Shown piece by piece: positions 27,913-36,877 of a DNA stretch of 64,000 nucleotides; within the stretch, counting starts at the first letter, position 1; each line of letters opens with the position of its first letter. Location: contig OY759724.1 of assembly GCA_963662715.1 (NCBI GenBank), forward strand, positions 659,136 through 723,135, given 5' to 3'. The translations under genes were made by a program, and so were the position numbers. This stretch comes from Candidatus Omnitrophota bacterium (lineage in GTDB: Bacteria; Omnitrophota; Gorgyraeia; Zapsychrales; JANLHA01). A model generated the notes under the pieces. That model made no database searches, had not been told where the DNA came from, and saw only the letters and a program-made list of their open reading frames with translations.

Positions 27913-29622
27913 TTAGAAATTCTTATCATCCTTCGTCACTCGGATAATTTCACTGGCCGTGGTTTGGCCTTTAACAACCTTTTCCCAGCCGTGCTGCAGC
28001 AGCGACACCATACCTTTATCCCTGGCTTTCCTTGCGATCTGGCTGGCTGTGGCCCGGGACAAAATCATTTCGCGAATCTCTTCATTCAGCGAAAGAAACT
28101 CGTAAATACCTTCCCGCCCGCGGTATCCCGTGAAATGACAAGACTCGCATCCGTCCGCCTCGTAAATCGTCTGCGACGTTTCTATGCGGACCGACGCTCC
28201 GAATATCTTGAGCATGTCTTCCGTAACAGAAGCCGGTTTCTTGCATAAAGGACATAACGTGCGGACGAGTCTTTGCGCGATAAAACACTCCACGGAACTG
28301 CAAATCAGATAAGGCTCCACGCCCATGTCCACAAGCCGGGTTATCCCGCTGGCCGCGTCATTCGTGTGCAAAGTCGAGAAGACCAAATGCCCGGTCAGGG
28401 CTATCTGTGTCGCTATTTCGGCGGTTTCCTTGTCCCGGACTTCTCCGACCATCATGATGTCCGGGTCATGGCGCAGCATGGCTCTCAACCCCTGGCTGAA
28501 CGTCAAGTGTATCGCGGGATTAATCTGTATCTGCGTGATGCCCTTCAACTGATATTCAATAGGGTCTTCTATCGTAATGATCTTTTTATCCGGATGGTTG
28601 ACATGCGCGAGGCAGGAATACAATGTCGTGGTTTTCCCGCTGCCGGTCGGCCCCGTAACAAAGATAATCCCGTGGGGTTTTTGGATCAACTGCTCAAGCA
28701 AAGCCTGCTCTCTGGGGGACAACCCCAGATCATTCATATCATAAAGCCGGTTTGAACTGAGGATACGGATCACGACACTTTCGCCGAACTGGGTCGGCAA
28801 AAATGACACACGGAGATCCAGGTTGATTTCCCCGACCTTAACTTTAAACCGCCCGTCTTGGGGCAGTCTTTTCTCCGCGATGTTCAGGTTGGACATGATT
28901 TTGATCCGTGAATTGATGGCTTCCTTAAAATGCCAGATATTCATAGGAACTTTTGTATCATAAAGAATTCCGTCGACCCTGTACCGGACTTTCAAATCTT
29001 TTTCGTAAGGCTCAATATGGATATCCGTCGCACGATCCTTATAGGCCTCCAGCAGGATCTGGTTGATGAACTTCCCGATTGAGGCATCGGAATCGATTTG
29101 TTCGATATCATCAACGCCCTTATCCTGTTCGTGCACCGCCGCAAACGTTCCCTTCATTTGCGCGATCGTCTCGGCTCCGACCCCGTAATACTGCCTGATG
29201 GCCTCCAGGATATCTTGCTCCCGGGCCAAAACGGTTTTTATTTTTGAAGCATGCACCAAATGAACCCCGTCTTGAATATAAATATTGTGGGGCTGGGCGG
29301 TCGCAATGGTCAAAAGATCCTCTTCCGAATCATAATCGACCGGAATGACTTTATAATGAGTCGCAATGGTGACCGGGATTCTCTGCAGAATACTTTTCTC
29401 AATGCGGAGGAGTTTTAAATCAAGAAAATCCACCCCCAGATATTCCGCCAACAGTCGATACATCCTCTTCTCTTCTTTGATAAAACCCAAATTGAACAAG
29501 ACAACCCACAACAGCTCGTGTGTCGCCTGCTGCTTCAGCAAGGCCTCATCCAACTGCTGTTGCTGGATAAAACCCTGTTCAACAAGCAGTGCCCCGAAAT
29601 CTGTTTCTGTGATGATTTTCAT
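27913..29622 (-). CDS. gspE: Type II secretion ATPase GspE
   Basis: An N-terminal N1E-like domain is followed by Walker A VTGPTGSGKTTTLY, Asp-box, Walker B IMMVGEVRD and a tetracysteine motif (CPLCKKP ... CESCHFTGYRGR). An AAGGGA RBS precedes the ATG. Confidence 0.85.
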   Translation of the reverse strand: MKIITETDFGALLVEQGFIQQQQLDEALLKQQATHELLWVVLFNLGFIKEEKRMYRLLAEYLGVDFLDLKLLRIEKSILQRIPVTIATHYKVIPVDYDSEEDLLTIATAQPHNIYIQDGVHLVHASKIKTVLAREQDILEAIRQYYGVGAETIAQMKGTFAAVHEQDKGVDDIEQIDSDASIGKFINQILLEAYKDRATDIHIEPYEKDLKVRYRVDGILYDTKVPMNIWHFKEAINSRIKIMSNLNIAEKRLPQDGRFKVKVGEINLDLRVSFLPTQFGESVVIRILSSNRLYDMNDLGLSPREQALLEQLIQKPHGIIFVTGPTGSGKTTTLYSCLAHVNHPDKKIITIEDPIEYQLKGITQIQINPAIHLTFSQGLRAMLRHDPDIMMVGEVRDKETAEIATQIALTGHLVFSTLHTNDAASGITRLVDMGVEPYLICSSVECFIAQRLVRTLCPLCKKPASVTEDMLKIFGASVRIETSQTIYEADGCESCHFTGYRGREGIYEFLSLNEEIREMILSRATASQIARKARDKGMVSLLQHGWEKVVKGQTTASEIIRVTKDDKNF

Positions 29623-29666
29623 AATCCCTTCTTCATGTTTTCATCCGGCCCGCCTTAATCAGCCCT

Positions 29667-31586
29667 TTAAAAATGCCGGTCCTCCTGAGCCAGAACAATC
29701 GCCAGGTTCTTTTGGGCGCTCTCATAACGAGGATCAATACGCAAAGCTTCCTGGAAATGATAGACAGCATGAACGGTCTCTCCCTGTTTCATATATATAG
29801 CACCGACGCTGTTATGCACCAAAGCGTTATCCGGATGATAAATAAGAATCTCGGAAAAATGCTTGCGGGCCTTTTCCAGAGCCCCTTGCTTCATATATAA
29901 ATCTCCCAAAACACTATGAATATATAAACTGTCCGGTTGACCGGCCAACGCCTGCAGATACATTTCCCGGGCTTGCTCGGGCTTGTTCTGAAGCACATAG
30001 AAGTTCCCCAAATTCTTTAATGTTTCCGGATCACGACTGTCCAGAGCGCGGGCTTTCAGCAAATATTTCTCCGACAGCTCATATTGTCCTTCTTCCATAA
30101 GAAGAACACCGTAATTGCTGTTGGCTTGCGCATACTCAGGATTCAACCGCAGGGCCTGCTCATAAAAAACTTTTGCCCTTTTTAAGTCTCTTTCTTCATA
30201 AAATATATTCCCAAGATTATTATAATTTCGAAAATTTTCCGATTGAAACAACGCGGCATCCAGAAAATGCCTTTTCGCCGGCTCTTTTTTCCCGTCTTTA
30301 AGATAGGCCAATCCCAGGTTATAATGCGCAACCGGATGACGGGGGGCATGCCGCAAAACAAATCCCCATAAAGAATAGCCGTTGTTCCAGACCCGGCTCT
30401 GCTGAAAGGTCCCCAGCGCCATCCCTCCGATGATGAATACCGCGGCGACATTCAAGGATATCCTCTGAATCCTGTGGCTGGCCGTTGCGGAAGCCAGCCT
30501 CTCATACAGAATCCCGCATAGGATACAGAAGCCTAAACAGGGCAAATACATAAACCTGTCCGCCACGGGATTGAGCCCGGAGGAAACGGGATCCGTACGC
30601 AACAGGAAAAAAATCGACACCAGGTAAAACAGGAAAGAAAAATGCAGCCATTTGTTACAGTTTTTAGTGAGTAAAAAAAGGACCAGCAAGGCACATGCCA
30701 GCAAAGATAAAAAGTACGGCACATGGGTCCAGGACACAGGGAGCGGGTAAAAATAAAGCGGGGAGAGATGAACCGGGAGAAAGAATTTGTAAACATAAAA
30801 AACAAACGACCACAGCCATAATAAAATATTTACCGAGACCGGGCTGCCGGGGCTCCCCCCCATATTCAGCCTGTAGGTTATCCACGCTACGGGAACAGCG
30901 TATAACACAAAAGGGATTTTTTCCTTCAAAACTTTCCCGCACAATCTCCTGCCGCGGAACCAATCGCAAACAAGAAGCGCAAGAGGCAGACTCACCGCCA
31001 TAGGCTTGGACAGCATGCCCAGGAATCCGAATAATATAGCAGCATAGTAGGGTCTTCTTTCTCCTGTCCGGATAAAATTCATATACTGCACCAGAGCCAG
31101 CATATAAAAGAACGCGTACAGCACATCTTTCCGGGCGCTCATCCAGGCAACAGGTTCGACGTGTATGGGATGAAGGCCAAAAATCAGGGCAGCTGCACCG
31201 GCAGCCCTGGCGGATGCCCCCAGCTGAAGGGCGAACTTATAGACGAGACAAACCACGCCTATATGAAGCAGCAGATTATCGAGATGATAGACAATCGGAT
31301 TCTCTTGAAAAAAAAGATGTTCCAGGGAGAAAGACAGGATCGTTAACGGGATATATATATCGCAAACTGTACTCTTGAAGATCCGGACAATATTGCCCAG
31401 GCTGAATTGACGGGCCATTTGATTCCATTCAAAATTATTCTGATCATCCCAGACAAAATGCCCCGTTAAAACCGGCCCATAAGCGGCCAGTATCAGCACA
31501 ATCCCTAAAAAAAGCCGTCCCCGGCCGGGAGATAAAAAAGAAATCTTTTTCATAGAAAGACGCATAAAATGAATCGCAATCTGCAT
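29667..31586 (-). CDS. TPR-repeat membrane protein with GT-C-like (PMT/TMTC-like) N-terminal polytopic domain
   Basis: The N-terminal roughly 400 aa contains about 10 TM helices. It has a DD-type motif (HFVWDDQNNF) in the first periplasmic loop, as in GT-C glycosyltransferases of the PMT/ArnT type. The C-terminal roughly 230 aa consists of TPR repeats (NLGNIFYEERDLKRAKVFYEQALRLNPEYAQA...). The start could be ATG 31586 or ATG 31553. Confidence 0.55.
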   Translation of the reverse strand: MQIAIHFMRLSMKKISFLSPGRGRLFLGIVLILAAYGPVLTGHFVWDDQNNFEWNQMARQFSLGNIVRIFKSTVCDIYIPLTILSFSLEHLFFQENPIVYHLDNLLLHIGVVCLVYKFALQLGASARAAGAAALIFGLHPIHVEPVAWMSARKDVLYAFFYMLALVQYMNFIRTGERRPYYAAILFGFLGMLSKPMAVSLPLALLVCDWFRGRRLCGKVLKEKIPFVLYAVPVAWITYRLNMGGSPGSPVSVNILLWLWSFVFYVYKFFLPVHLSPLYFYPLPVSWTHVPYFLSLLACALLVLFLLTKNCNKWLHFSFLFYLVSIFFLLRTDPVSSGLNPVADRFMYLPCLGFCILCGILYERLASATASHRIQRISLNVAAVFIIGGMALGTFQQSRVWNNGYSLWGFVLRHAPRHPVAHYNLGLAYLKDGKKEPAKRHFLDAALFQSENFRNYNNLGNIFYEERDLKRAKVFYEQALRLNPEYAQANSNYGVLLMEEGQYELSEKYLLKARALDSRDPETLKNLGNFYVLQNKPEQAREMYLQALAGQPDSLYIHSVLGDLYMKQGALEKARKHFSEILIYHPDNALVHNSVGAIYMKQGETVHAVYHFQEALRIDPRYESAQKNLAIVLAQEDRHF

Positions 31587-31631
31587 ATGTTTATGACACG
31601 ATAAACCTGTTAATATATCCCTGCCGAACGG

Positions 31632-33203
31632 TTATTTCTCCTGAAGCTCCGGGATGAAAAAGATGATATACTCCGTACGGAGAATAAATCTGTTTTCACT
31701 GCGAAAGATAAAGCCAAAAAGGGGCAAATCGCCCAGGAGGGGAACTTTAGACGTTTTTTCAACTTCTTTTTCTCTCAACAATCCCCCCAGAATAATCACG
31801 TCCGCCCCGTCGATCGGCAGTTCCGCAGAAACCTGCGGCTGAAACGGCTTGTCTGAAGAAGCCTCCAGCGTCGGACGATTATCGGCCAGCCAGTGAAGAT
31901 GCGGACTCAGCCGGACAAGATATTTCTTTTCCGGAAGGGCATTGACCAGAATTTTCATCTTCATGGCAAACCCTTCATCATCCTTAAAATCCCCGGGGAC
32001 ATTCATCGTGTCCCAGCCCCATTCCTTCTCACTATTTAACTGGGAGACCCCGGAAAAATCGTTCAAATCAATAAGCTGGCCCGCGGCATCTAAGGCGTCT
32101 TTTAAGACAGGAAAATCTTCCTTCGTAATTGTGCCCAGGCTCAACCGGTTCTCCTCAGGTGAGCCGTTCTGTTGATCCCCTAAAATATCAAAATTTTTAT
32201 AATCGGAAACAATGGCGTCCCAGTCAATGCCCCCCTGATGTTCCTCATTCAGTTGAATTCTCGAAACCTGGATGCGCCAACGGACTTTAATAAGTTTATC
32301 CAGGTCCTGAATCATTTGCTCAATCTCCGATATTTTCTGCGCCGTATCCGTCACGGTTACGGAATTCGTGTCCCCGTCAAGAACAAGCTGCCCCAGATCT
32401 TCGGTGAGTGTCTTGGAGATCTTCTCCACGACAATGTCCGCCTTAACAAACTGGAATGAAAACACCTTTGTGACCAGGGGCGGGGTATCCCAGGACCGCA
32501 GCAAAGATTGCATTTGCTTCAAGGGTTCTTCGCTGTCCATAAGAATAAGCTGCTGGTTCTTTTCATCAGCGAAAAAATGTCCTTTAAGGCTCTTCAGCTG
32601 CACCAGATTCTTTTTCATGTCATCCACGGAACGGTATTCCAGTTTAATAACTTCAACCTGTGTTTCCGGGGCAAAAGGACGCCCCATCTTCTGTTCATAC
32701 TCTTCCCGGGAAACAACACGAATGACCTGCTCCTCCTGCATATAAGCCAAGTCACTCATCAACGTCACGACGGACAATAAATTCTCAAGGGAAACATCCT
32801 TTAAGCACAAAGTGATAAACCGAGTCGGCAGGACATCAGCTTCAATATTTAAATGGCTCTTTTCTGTCAAAACTTTTATGACATCCGACAAAGGGGTCCG
32901 GGCAAAATCCACTTCGGATATGACCCGATCCCACTCGTCTTCCATTCTCTTATCTTCTTCCGGGGCAGCGGCAGGACTGACAGCGACAGCCCGCTGGACA
33001 TCCAACTCTATGGTAAAAAATTCCTTCGTCTTACCCGGGGAAAGCCCCTCCTGTTCCGGAACAGTTTCGTTCATCGGGACCGGCAACGAATCGTCGGAAG
33101 AAACAATTTCATTTTTAAGCGATGGAATCCGGGCCCCGGATTCTTCCGCATACACTTCAGCCCCTAAAAAAAGGCAAACAAGAAAAAGACAAAAATATCG
33201 CAT
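31632..33203 (-). CDS. Divergent secretin-family outer-membrane protein (second secretin)
   Basis: A signal peptide (MRYFCLFLVCLFLGAEVYA) and N-domain-like segments are followed by a C-terminus alignable to the gspD secretin domain (GGIDWDAIVSDY ... KYLVRLSPHLHWLADNRPTLEAS ... DVIILGGLLREKEVEKTSKVPLLGDLPLFGFIFRS ... EYIIFFIPEL). Compare gspD: GVDWEAIVRDY ... IKLYVTPTIHRD ... TIVIGGLIKD ... VPVLGDVPLVGMAFRNRD ... EIVIFLTPKL. Confidence 0.55.
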   Translation of the reverse strand: MRYFCLFLVCLFLGAEVYAEESGARIPSLKNEIVSSDDSLPVPMNETVPEQEGLSPGKTKEFFTIELDVQRAVAVSPAAAPEEDKRMEDEWDRVISEVDFARTPLSDVIKVLTEKSHLNIEADVLPTRFITLCLKDVSLENLLSVVTLMSDLAYMQEEQVIRVVSREEYEQKMGRPFAPETQVEVIKLEYRSVDDMKKNLVQLKSLKGHFFADEKNQQLILMDSEEPLKQMQSLLRSWDTPPLVTKVFSFQFVKADIVVEKISKTLTEDLGQLVLDGDTNSVTVTDTAQKISEIEQMIQDLDKLIKVRWRIQVSRIQLNEEHQGGIDWDAIVSDYKNFDILGDQQNGSPEENRLSLGTITKEDFPVLKDALDAAGQLIDLNDFSGVSQLNSEKEWGWDTMNVPGDFKDDEGFAMKMKILVNALPEKKYLVRLSPHLHWLADNRPTLEASSDKPFQPQVSAELPIDGADVIILGGLLREKEVEKTSKVPLLGDLPLFGFIFRSENRFILRTEYIIFFIPELQEK

Positions 33204-33334
33204 AGTTATTAATAAAACCTTTACCTTTTTAGCCCTGCCATAAAACTCATGCTTTGTGCGTCTGCAGAGCGTTGTTGAGAGGCCTTCCCGCCTCCGATGG
33301 GTTTTCCTGGCTCAGAGAGCCCCCCCAAAAATGT

Positions 33335-34672
33335 TTATTCTTTCAAATCAGATTTAAACTTATCCAGTTGTTGCCGCGAATAAACATTGTCAGGGTATTC
33401 CCTCACCAAACCTTCTTCAATATCAATGGCTTCCTGTATCCGCCCCATTTTGTAAAGGACCTCGGCTTTGGTATCTAAAAAAGCAAAATTATCCGGATCC
33501 AAAGTCAGGGCCTTATTTATCAATTCAAGCGCACGGGGCAAATGGATGTCATTTTCAGCATAAATCCAGGCCAAATCATTATAAGGCCCCGGAGATGAAG
33601 GTTGATGGTTAATGCTTTTAAGCAACAGCGTTTCTTTACCCTTGAAGTCAAGCTCGTGATACTGTTGTTGAAATTCAAAATAAGTCGGATTACTCATCGC
33701 AAAAATGACAATAGAAATAAAGGTCATGCCGCCGTTGTAAACATAATGCATAATAATCCCCGGGATAGCCGATCCCGTACGCATTCTCTGTAAAGTCAGG
33801 ATCAAACCCAGGACGGCCACCACCAATATGGCCAGCCAATCCCCCCAATATTGTTCAACGTGCAGCAAGGCAAAGAGGCATGGAATGATAATGATCGCCG
33901 CCTTTTTTCCTTTGATCTTCTCCAGGATATAATAAAAATACCCCCGGAAAAGAATCTCCTCCAGGAAAGGCGCCATAAAAACCGCAACAATCATCAACGC
34001 CGGGAAGACCCACATGGCCGTTGTTGATTCAGCAAGCTGGCTGAGCGGAGTGGCCGGCTGGGTTTCCCGCGAATAAATAATCCAGCTGGAAATCCCCGCC
34101 ATGCAGGCACCGGCCAAAAACGGCACGACGGTCAATTTCCACCAAGAAAGATTATGCCGCTTAAGCCCGAGTATTTCCAGGAACGATATGGACGTATACT
34201 TATGCACGGAACGCCGGATAATCCATAAAAGAACAAGCGGGGAGGCGGCAGAAATAACCACAACTTCCCCCAGTTCGGATTGCAGCGGCGGGTAAAGGCT
34301 GTAAAGGATCTTAAGCCCCAACGTAAACAGGGACATCCATACAGACCATATCAGGATTGATCCCAAAAGGTCCACGGACAGGGAAAGACGAAGCCCAAGG
34401 ACCTCCGGGTCCTTTCTTTCCCCGGGCAAATGTCTTGTAAAGCCATACCGTTTAACCAAATAAACCGGAAGGACAAAAAAGAAGCAATACGTTGAAAGCT
34501 GTGCCCACTGCTGAGAAAAAACGAATGCGATCAGAAGTAAGAATCCGTACACGGCCACAGGCCAGGTCAGGGTCTGAAAATATTTTTTATACAGGGCAGG
34601 ATCTTGTCTCCTGATAACGAAAGAATCAAGATAAAGGAACCCAAAAACAATTAATAATAAAACCGGAGACAT
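33335..34672 (-). CDS. CPBP-family intramembrane glutamic endopeptidase (CAAX protease/Abi) fused to C-terminal TPR domain
   Basis: A polytopic N-terminus carries the CPBP motifs EEILFRGY (motif 1), LFALLHVEQY (motif 2) and HYVYNGG (motif 3). The C-terminal roughly 110 aa are TPR-like (YNDLAWIYAENDIHLPRALELINKALTLDPDNFAFLDTKAEVLYKMGRIQEAIDI). A strong AAGGAAG RBS is present. Confidence 0.65.
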   Translation of the reverse strand: MSPVLLLIVFGFLYLDSFVIRRQDPALYKKYFQTLTWPVAVYGFLLLIAFVFSQQWAQLSTYCFFFVLPVYLVKRYGFTRHLPGERKDPEVLGLRLSLSVDLLGSILIWSVWMSLFTLGLKILYSLYPPLQSELGEVVVISAASPLVLLWIIRRSVHKYTSISFLEILGLKRHNLSWWKLTVVPFLAGACMAGISSWIIYSRETQPATPLSQLAESTTAMWVFPALMIVAVFMAPFLEEILFRGYFYYILEKIKGKKAAIIIIPCLFALLHVEQYWGDWLAILVVAVLGLILTLQRMRTGSAIPGIIMHYVYNGGMTFISIVIFAMSNPTYFEFQQQYHELDFKGKETLLLKSINHQPSSPGPYNDLAWIYAENDIHLPRALELINKALTLDPDNFAFLDTKAEVLYKMGRIQEAIDIEEGLVREYPDNVYSRQQLDKFKSDLKE

Positions 34673-34790
34673 TACAACTTCCTTTCAGCATCCCCTCAAT
34701 CTCACAAGGCCACAGCGGTAGACAGAATAACAGATTCATACACATAAAATAAAGGACCGGATAATTCTTACGAGGCAGGAAGATTGAGCT

Positions 34791-35147
34791 TTAATTTCCT
34801 GGCATTGCATCGTCAACAACAACCCTTAAACGACCGTCAGGGTAATAAAATTTCGTAACGCCACTCTTTCTTGTCCAGACACTGGCCTTCCGTCCGTTCT
34901 CATGATAATTTAATTTGCGAAGCACTTCCCCGTTCTTATAAACATAATCCAATTTCACCTGGCCATTACGGTAATAAGCCTTCTTCCGGACGATCAGGTC
35001 GTCCCGGAACTTAACATAGAGCCGAAGGTTACCATTATCATAATACTCCTTTTCGACATAATTCCCTTGGGGATGTTTGGCAAAAGCCATAGGAGCGTTA
35101 TAAATAATATTAGTAAGTATTAAAGTTAATATTAGTAATTTTTTCAT
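34791..35147 (-). CDS. Small exported protein with MORN-variant (YwqK-like) repeats
   Basis: A signal peptide is followed by repeats EYYDNGNLRLYVKF, YYRNGQVKLDYVYKNGEV and YHENGRKASVWTRKSGV. It is a paralog-type of the 6153..7061 product. Its own RBS (GGGG) and an AT-rich upstream region are present. Confidence 0.5.
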   Translation of the reverse strand: MKKLLILTLILTNIIYNAPMAFAKHPQGNYVEKEYYDNGNLRLYVKFRDDLIVRKKAYYRNGQVKLDYVYKNGEVLRKLNYHENGRKASVWTRKSGVTKFYYPDGRLRVVVDDAMPGN

Positions 35148-35324
35148 TTATACCCCTTTTTCTTTTTTTATATTATAAAACATTATTACCTTTTGGCAAA
35201 TACCTTCACACAATCCTCACATTTTTTCAAAATTGCCACATTTTCCCCTAAAATAGGGCCCCCTCCCGCTCCCGGGGAACGGCCTTACTTAATCCCTGCC
35301 CTTTCAACACAATAGAAATGAAGT

Positions 35325-36125
35325 CTACTCTGAATTTCCCATAGGAGAAACAAGAGGATTCATTTCAGGGCAAAAGTCGGTTAAAGTTTGTTTTAATATC
35401 TCCACCTTTCGTTTTAATATCGCATCATTCTTTATCCACTTATGGACGATGCGGTTTTGATTCTCTACCATAAGAGACGCAAATATTTCGGCCCGGTCCT
35501 CGTCCGGACTTTTCATGGAATAATCAGTCACAAACCCCGGAATGGAAGGCGCGTAATAATTTAACGGGTTAGCGGAGCGTTGACGGGGCCGGGGATATTC
35601 ATATTGAAATCCCGGAACATTCATACTCCCCCACAGGTCTCCTGCCCAGGAAAAGCCTGCTTGGTTTTCAAGCATATGATACAATTCATGATGAATGTTA
35701 TGCCGTTGTTTTATTTTATTTCCCCGGTTTCGCAGGAAATCAAGCATGATAAAATCATGACCTATCTGATAAAGCCCTTCCGTAGGAGAATTTTCATAAA
35801 ATTGCCTCTTAACTAAAAAAACACACTTTAAACGGATTTCTTTAAAAAAACAATCCGGATACCTCCCCAGTTCTTCTTTAAGAAGCAACAGAAAGGCATG
35901 GACGTCTTTGGCATCTTCCGGGCCGGGAGGAGCGACAACAATCTTCGTCTCCGGGACAGCCGGGAGTTCCGTCAAAATAACCCGGGCCCCGAAATCCTGC
36001 TGAATTCCGGCGATAAGCTGTTCAATATCGGAAAGGCTTTGCGCGGCGAGGAAGGATGAAGACATAACAAGCAGGCTGAGAAAAAAACAGCAGAATACAG
36101 CAATCCTAAAATGTCTCTTTTTCAC
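35325..36125 (-). CDS. Exported putative zinc metallopeptidase (HExxH motif)
   Basis: Signal peptide (FRIAVFCCFFLSLLVMSSSFLAAQS). There is a single HELYHM motif with acidic and His residues downstream. The GTG start overlaps the upstream gene stop (GTGA). No finer family assignment is possible by eye. Confidence 0.45.
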   Translation of the reverse strand: MKKRHFRIAVFCCFFLSLLVMSSSFLAAQSLSDIEQLIAGIQQDFGARVILTELPAVPETKIVVAPPGPEDAKDVHAFLLLLKEELGRYPDCFFKEIRLKCVFLVKRQFYENSPTEGLYQIGHDFIMLDFLRNRGNKIKQRHNIHHELYHMLENQAGFSWAGDLWGSMNVPGFQYEYPRPRQRSANPLNYYAPSIPGFVTDYSMKSPDEDRAEIFASLMVENQNRIVHKWIKNDAILKRKVEILKQTLTDFCPEMNPLVSPMGNSE

Positions 36126-36646
36126 TTTTTATCCGTGAGCAGTAATTCTTCCCGCAAATGAGGCCTTTTGAGCCGGAAAAGCAAATAAGCAAATACCGTG
36201 ACAGGCACGATGGATATGAAACCCCATTCGAGAATCGAGAAAAAAGAATATACAAGCAATCCCGCGATGATAAAAGACGACAAGCGATAGGCCCAGATGC
36301 GTTTATTTTTCAAATAAACAGAACAGACGACCAGGCTGAAGGAAAGGAACGCAATAATGAAAACAGTAAAGCCGTCGGGTTCGACCAACAAAATATTATA
36401 TCCGGGCTTTGTATTTAAATATTGCAGGACGGGGATCGAGAGGAAGAAAATGGACAAAATCACATAATATCCTAATAACCCCACAATCTGAATTTCCTTG
36501 GCGACCAGGTCCAGTTCACTGAAATATTTTCCTTTGAACTGCTCCCGGCGTTTCATAACCAGGTGAAAAACCAAAAAAAACGGAATAATGTTGATCAGAA
36601 ACATCCGGCACATTAATTCAATGTAGACCCAGTCTATGGAGGACAT
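36122..36646 (-). CDS. Hypothetical membrane protein
   Basis: 174 aa with 4-5 hydrophobic helices. An AGGAG RBS lies 8 nt upstream of the ATG. Its stop overlaps the start of the next gene. Confidence 0.4.
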   Translation of the reverse strand: MSSIDWVYIELMCRMFLINIIPFFLVFHLVMKRREQFKGKYFSELDLVAKEIQIVGLLGYYVILSIFFLSIPVLQYLNTKPGYNILLVEPDGFTVFIIAFLSFSLVVCSVYLKNKRIWAYRLSSFIIAGLLVYSFFSILEWGFISIVPVTVFAYLLFRLKRPHLREELLLTDKK

Positions 36647-36877
36647 TCGTTTGCTCCTACATTAAAATGATTTTTATACGGCCTGACTTTACCCTGAGTC
36701 AGGCGCCATCAGATAGTTTACACTAATCGTCCCGATAGTGATAACCATTTTCTTTGTTTGCAAAAATATCCTTATAAACGCTTTTCTTAATTTTCACGCT
36801 CAGCCCCTGAAATAATATGAACAAATCATCCCTTCAGGTGATGCGAGACAATCAGCTTTCCAAACACATGACAAACA

